From positions 3,807-67,806 of the IMG/VR virus record IMGVR_UViG_3300046103_002699: a DNA stretch of 64,000 nucleotides; one strand, written 5' to 3'. A program made the position numbers and the translations under genes. This DNA is from a virus (taxonomy: Duplodnaviria; Caudoviricetes). Shown in pieces: positions 62,949 through 64,000 of this stretch (the first letter of the stretch is position 1; every line of letters starts with the position of its first letter). The notes below the pieces were generated by a model, which searched no databases, had not been told where the DNA came from, and was given only the letters and a program-made list of their open reading frames with translations.

Positions 62949-64000
62949 TTAGCCAAATGTTGTTCTATTATTCGCAGAGCAGGCGAAATTGCACGAACAG
63001 CACCCCTCTTGTGTCCAAACACCTCCTTGGTTGTTTGTTGCGGGATTGTTGTTAAATGAAGTAACGCTATAGCCACCCCAATAAGTAGCATTAGGTGGGG
63101 GATTATTTGTTTGAACTGCTTGAAGCGCAACATATTGCTGATTCCCAAAGCTTACTACATCCCCAGTTGCGTAAGTTGTAGCGCTGTCATAAGTGGGCGA
63201 TGGCGCGCCTCCTGTCAGTTTATACAGACAAGCAGCTTGGTTTCCTACTACCCACACTTCTGAGCCTAGAGTATATGTCGTACTTGAACTATACTGACCT
63301 GAAAGTCCCGTAGTACCCGTACCTGTGTAGGTACAACTACTGTCGTATAGCTGATCGCAAATACTAGTGTACTGCGACTGAAACTGTCGTTCACAACAAT
63401 CACAAGTGCTATTAGTAGAATCATAGCTAAAGTCCCCCGCGCCCCCTACTGCGGGAGAGTTTGAGCTCTCTAGTAAAATTTTGCGTTGATCACAGTCTAC
63501 TATGGAAGGCTGCCCGACCGTGACACACTGCCCGCCGAGAGCGGCTGCGGTAGAGCCGTAAGGAAAACCCACTGCGGCATCTGAAATAAAACCGTTAGCC
63601 CAATCACCTCCTATGAGAAGAGCCGAACCGTCGCAAGGGCTAGGTGCGGGGTAAGACCAATAATCAGTAGAATCCGAAGTGCATGAGATGCTAGACAGCG
63701 AACTTGGCGACGCAGACGGTGACTCAGACGGCGAACTAGAACTGCTAGAAGACGGTGAAGGTGACGGTGAACTAGAACTGCTAGAAGACGGTGAAGGTGA
63801 AGGTGACGGTGACGGTGACGGTGAACTAGAACTGCTAGAAGACGGTGAAGGTGAAGGTGAAGGTGACGGTGAAAGTGAAGGTGAAGGTGAAGGTGAAGGT
63901 GAAGGTGAAGGGGTAGAAGTAGATGAAGAAACTCCTTGGCACTCATCGCAGTCGTCGTAATAACCGTTTTGCACGAGTACATTAAAATCGTCTAAACCAC
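62949..64000 (-). CDS. Cys-rich virion protein with Ser/Pro stalk and CBM5/12-like motifs, 5'-truncated by window edge
   Basis: Frame stays open from 63974 to 64000 (GLDDFNVLVQNG); SPSPSP/SSSSS tract; YSSSTTYTLGSEV and YDSATTYATGDVVSFGNQQYVAL..PPNATYW motifs; many Cys. Confidence 0.75.
   Translation of the reverse strand, partial: GLDDFNVLVQNGYYDDCDECQGVSSSTSTPSPSPSPSPSPSLSPSPSPSPSPSSSSSSSPSPSPSPSPSPSSSSSSSPSPSPSSSSSSSPSESPSASPSSLSSISCTSDSTDYWSYPAPSPCDGSALLIGGDWANGFISDAAVGFPYGSTAAALGGQCVTVGQPSIVDCDQRKILLESSNSPAVGGAGDFSYDSTNSTCDCCERQFQSQYTSICDQLYDSSCTYTGTGTTGLSGQYSSSTTYTLGSEVWVVGNQAACLYKLTGGAPSPTYDSATTYATGDVVSFGNQQYVALQAVQTNNPPPNATYWGGYSVTSFNNNPATNNQGGVWTQEGCCSCNFACSANNRTTFG
63700..63930. repeat. 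Coding hexamer repeat (GAAGGT/GACGGT)n encoding the Ser-Pro stalk
   Basis: Directly visible tandem hexamers plus a repeated GAACTAGAACTGCTAGAAGACGGT unit. Confidence 0.95.

Larger units (their letters stand above)
1..64000. mobile_element. Temperate tailed phage (podovirus-like), near-complete genome
   Basis: Terminase, portal, capsid, family A polymerase, primase-helicase and integrase with a tRNA-derived att site; divergent early/late arms; no host housekeeping genes seen. Confidence 0.95.

Noticed and set aside
63611-63982. Alternative-frame ORFs 63611..63982 (-) and 63679..63960 (+)
   Set aside because: Shadows of the Ser/Pro hexamer repeat; the Cys-rich frame is the one coupled to the operon.
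1-64000. Direct in-frame joining of the ORF leaving at position 1 with the ORF entering at 64000
   Set aside because: Concatenating the ends gives TGG TGG TTT AGA CGA TTT TAA, a stop in the wrong frame, so some sequence is missing between the edges.

Overview
The window looks like nearly a whole, circularly permuted genome of a temperate tailed phage with podovirus-like architecture; no host genes are recognisable. A minus-strand late/virion operon runs 31972->1 and apparently resumes at 64000->58769. It encodes the large terminase, a 688-aa and a 3763-aa internal virion protein, portal, scaffold, major capsid, adaptor, a 2217-aa repeat fibre, Cys-rich virion proteins, a three-gene glycan-modification cassette and a nozzle-like tail protein. 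No tape measure, tube or sheath gene is visible. A divergent plus-strand arm (33003-58756) carries early genes (MoxR AAA + HEXXH + vWA, an ART-like gene), DNA modification genes (two-frame C5 methylase, Mom-like), replication genes (SF2 helicase, PD-(D/E)XK exonuclease, SSB-like, family A polymerase, dNMP kinase, primase-helicase) and a tyrosine integrase beside a 5'-half tRNA-Ser(CGA) attP. The most notable unexplained structures are: a Stealth/glycosyltransferase/sulfotransferase cassette coupled to Ser/Pro-rich virion proteins; a -1 frameshift (G GGA AAC plus hairpin) adding a lectin-like domain to a small virion protein; six ELGAR motifs delimiting effector modules in the giant protein; a TAATRCAAC box 47-49 nt before six late start codons; a TGTA-S-TACA operator; and a simple-sequence-repeat block at the early/late divergence. 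All protein assignments come from motifs recognised by eye; no database search was run.
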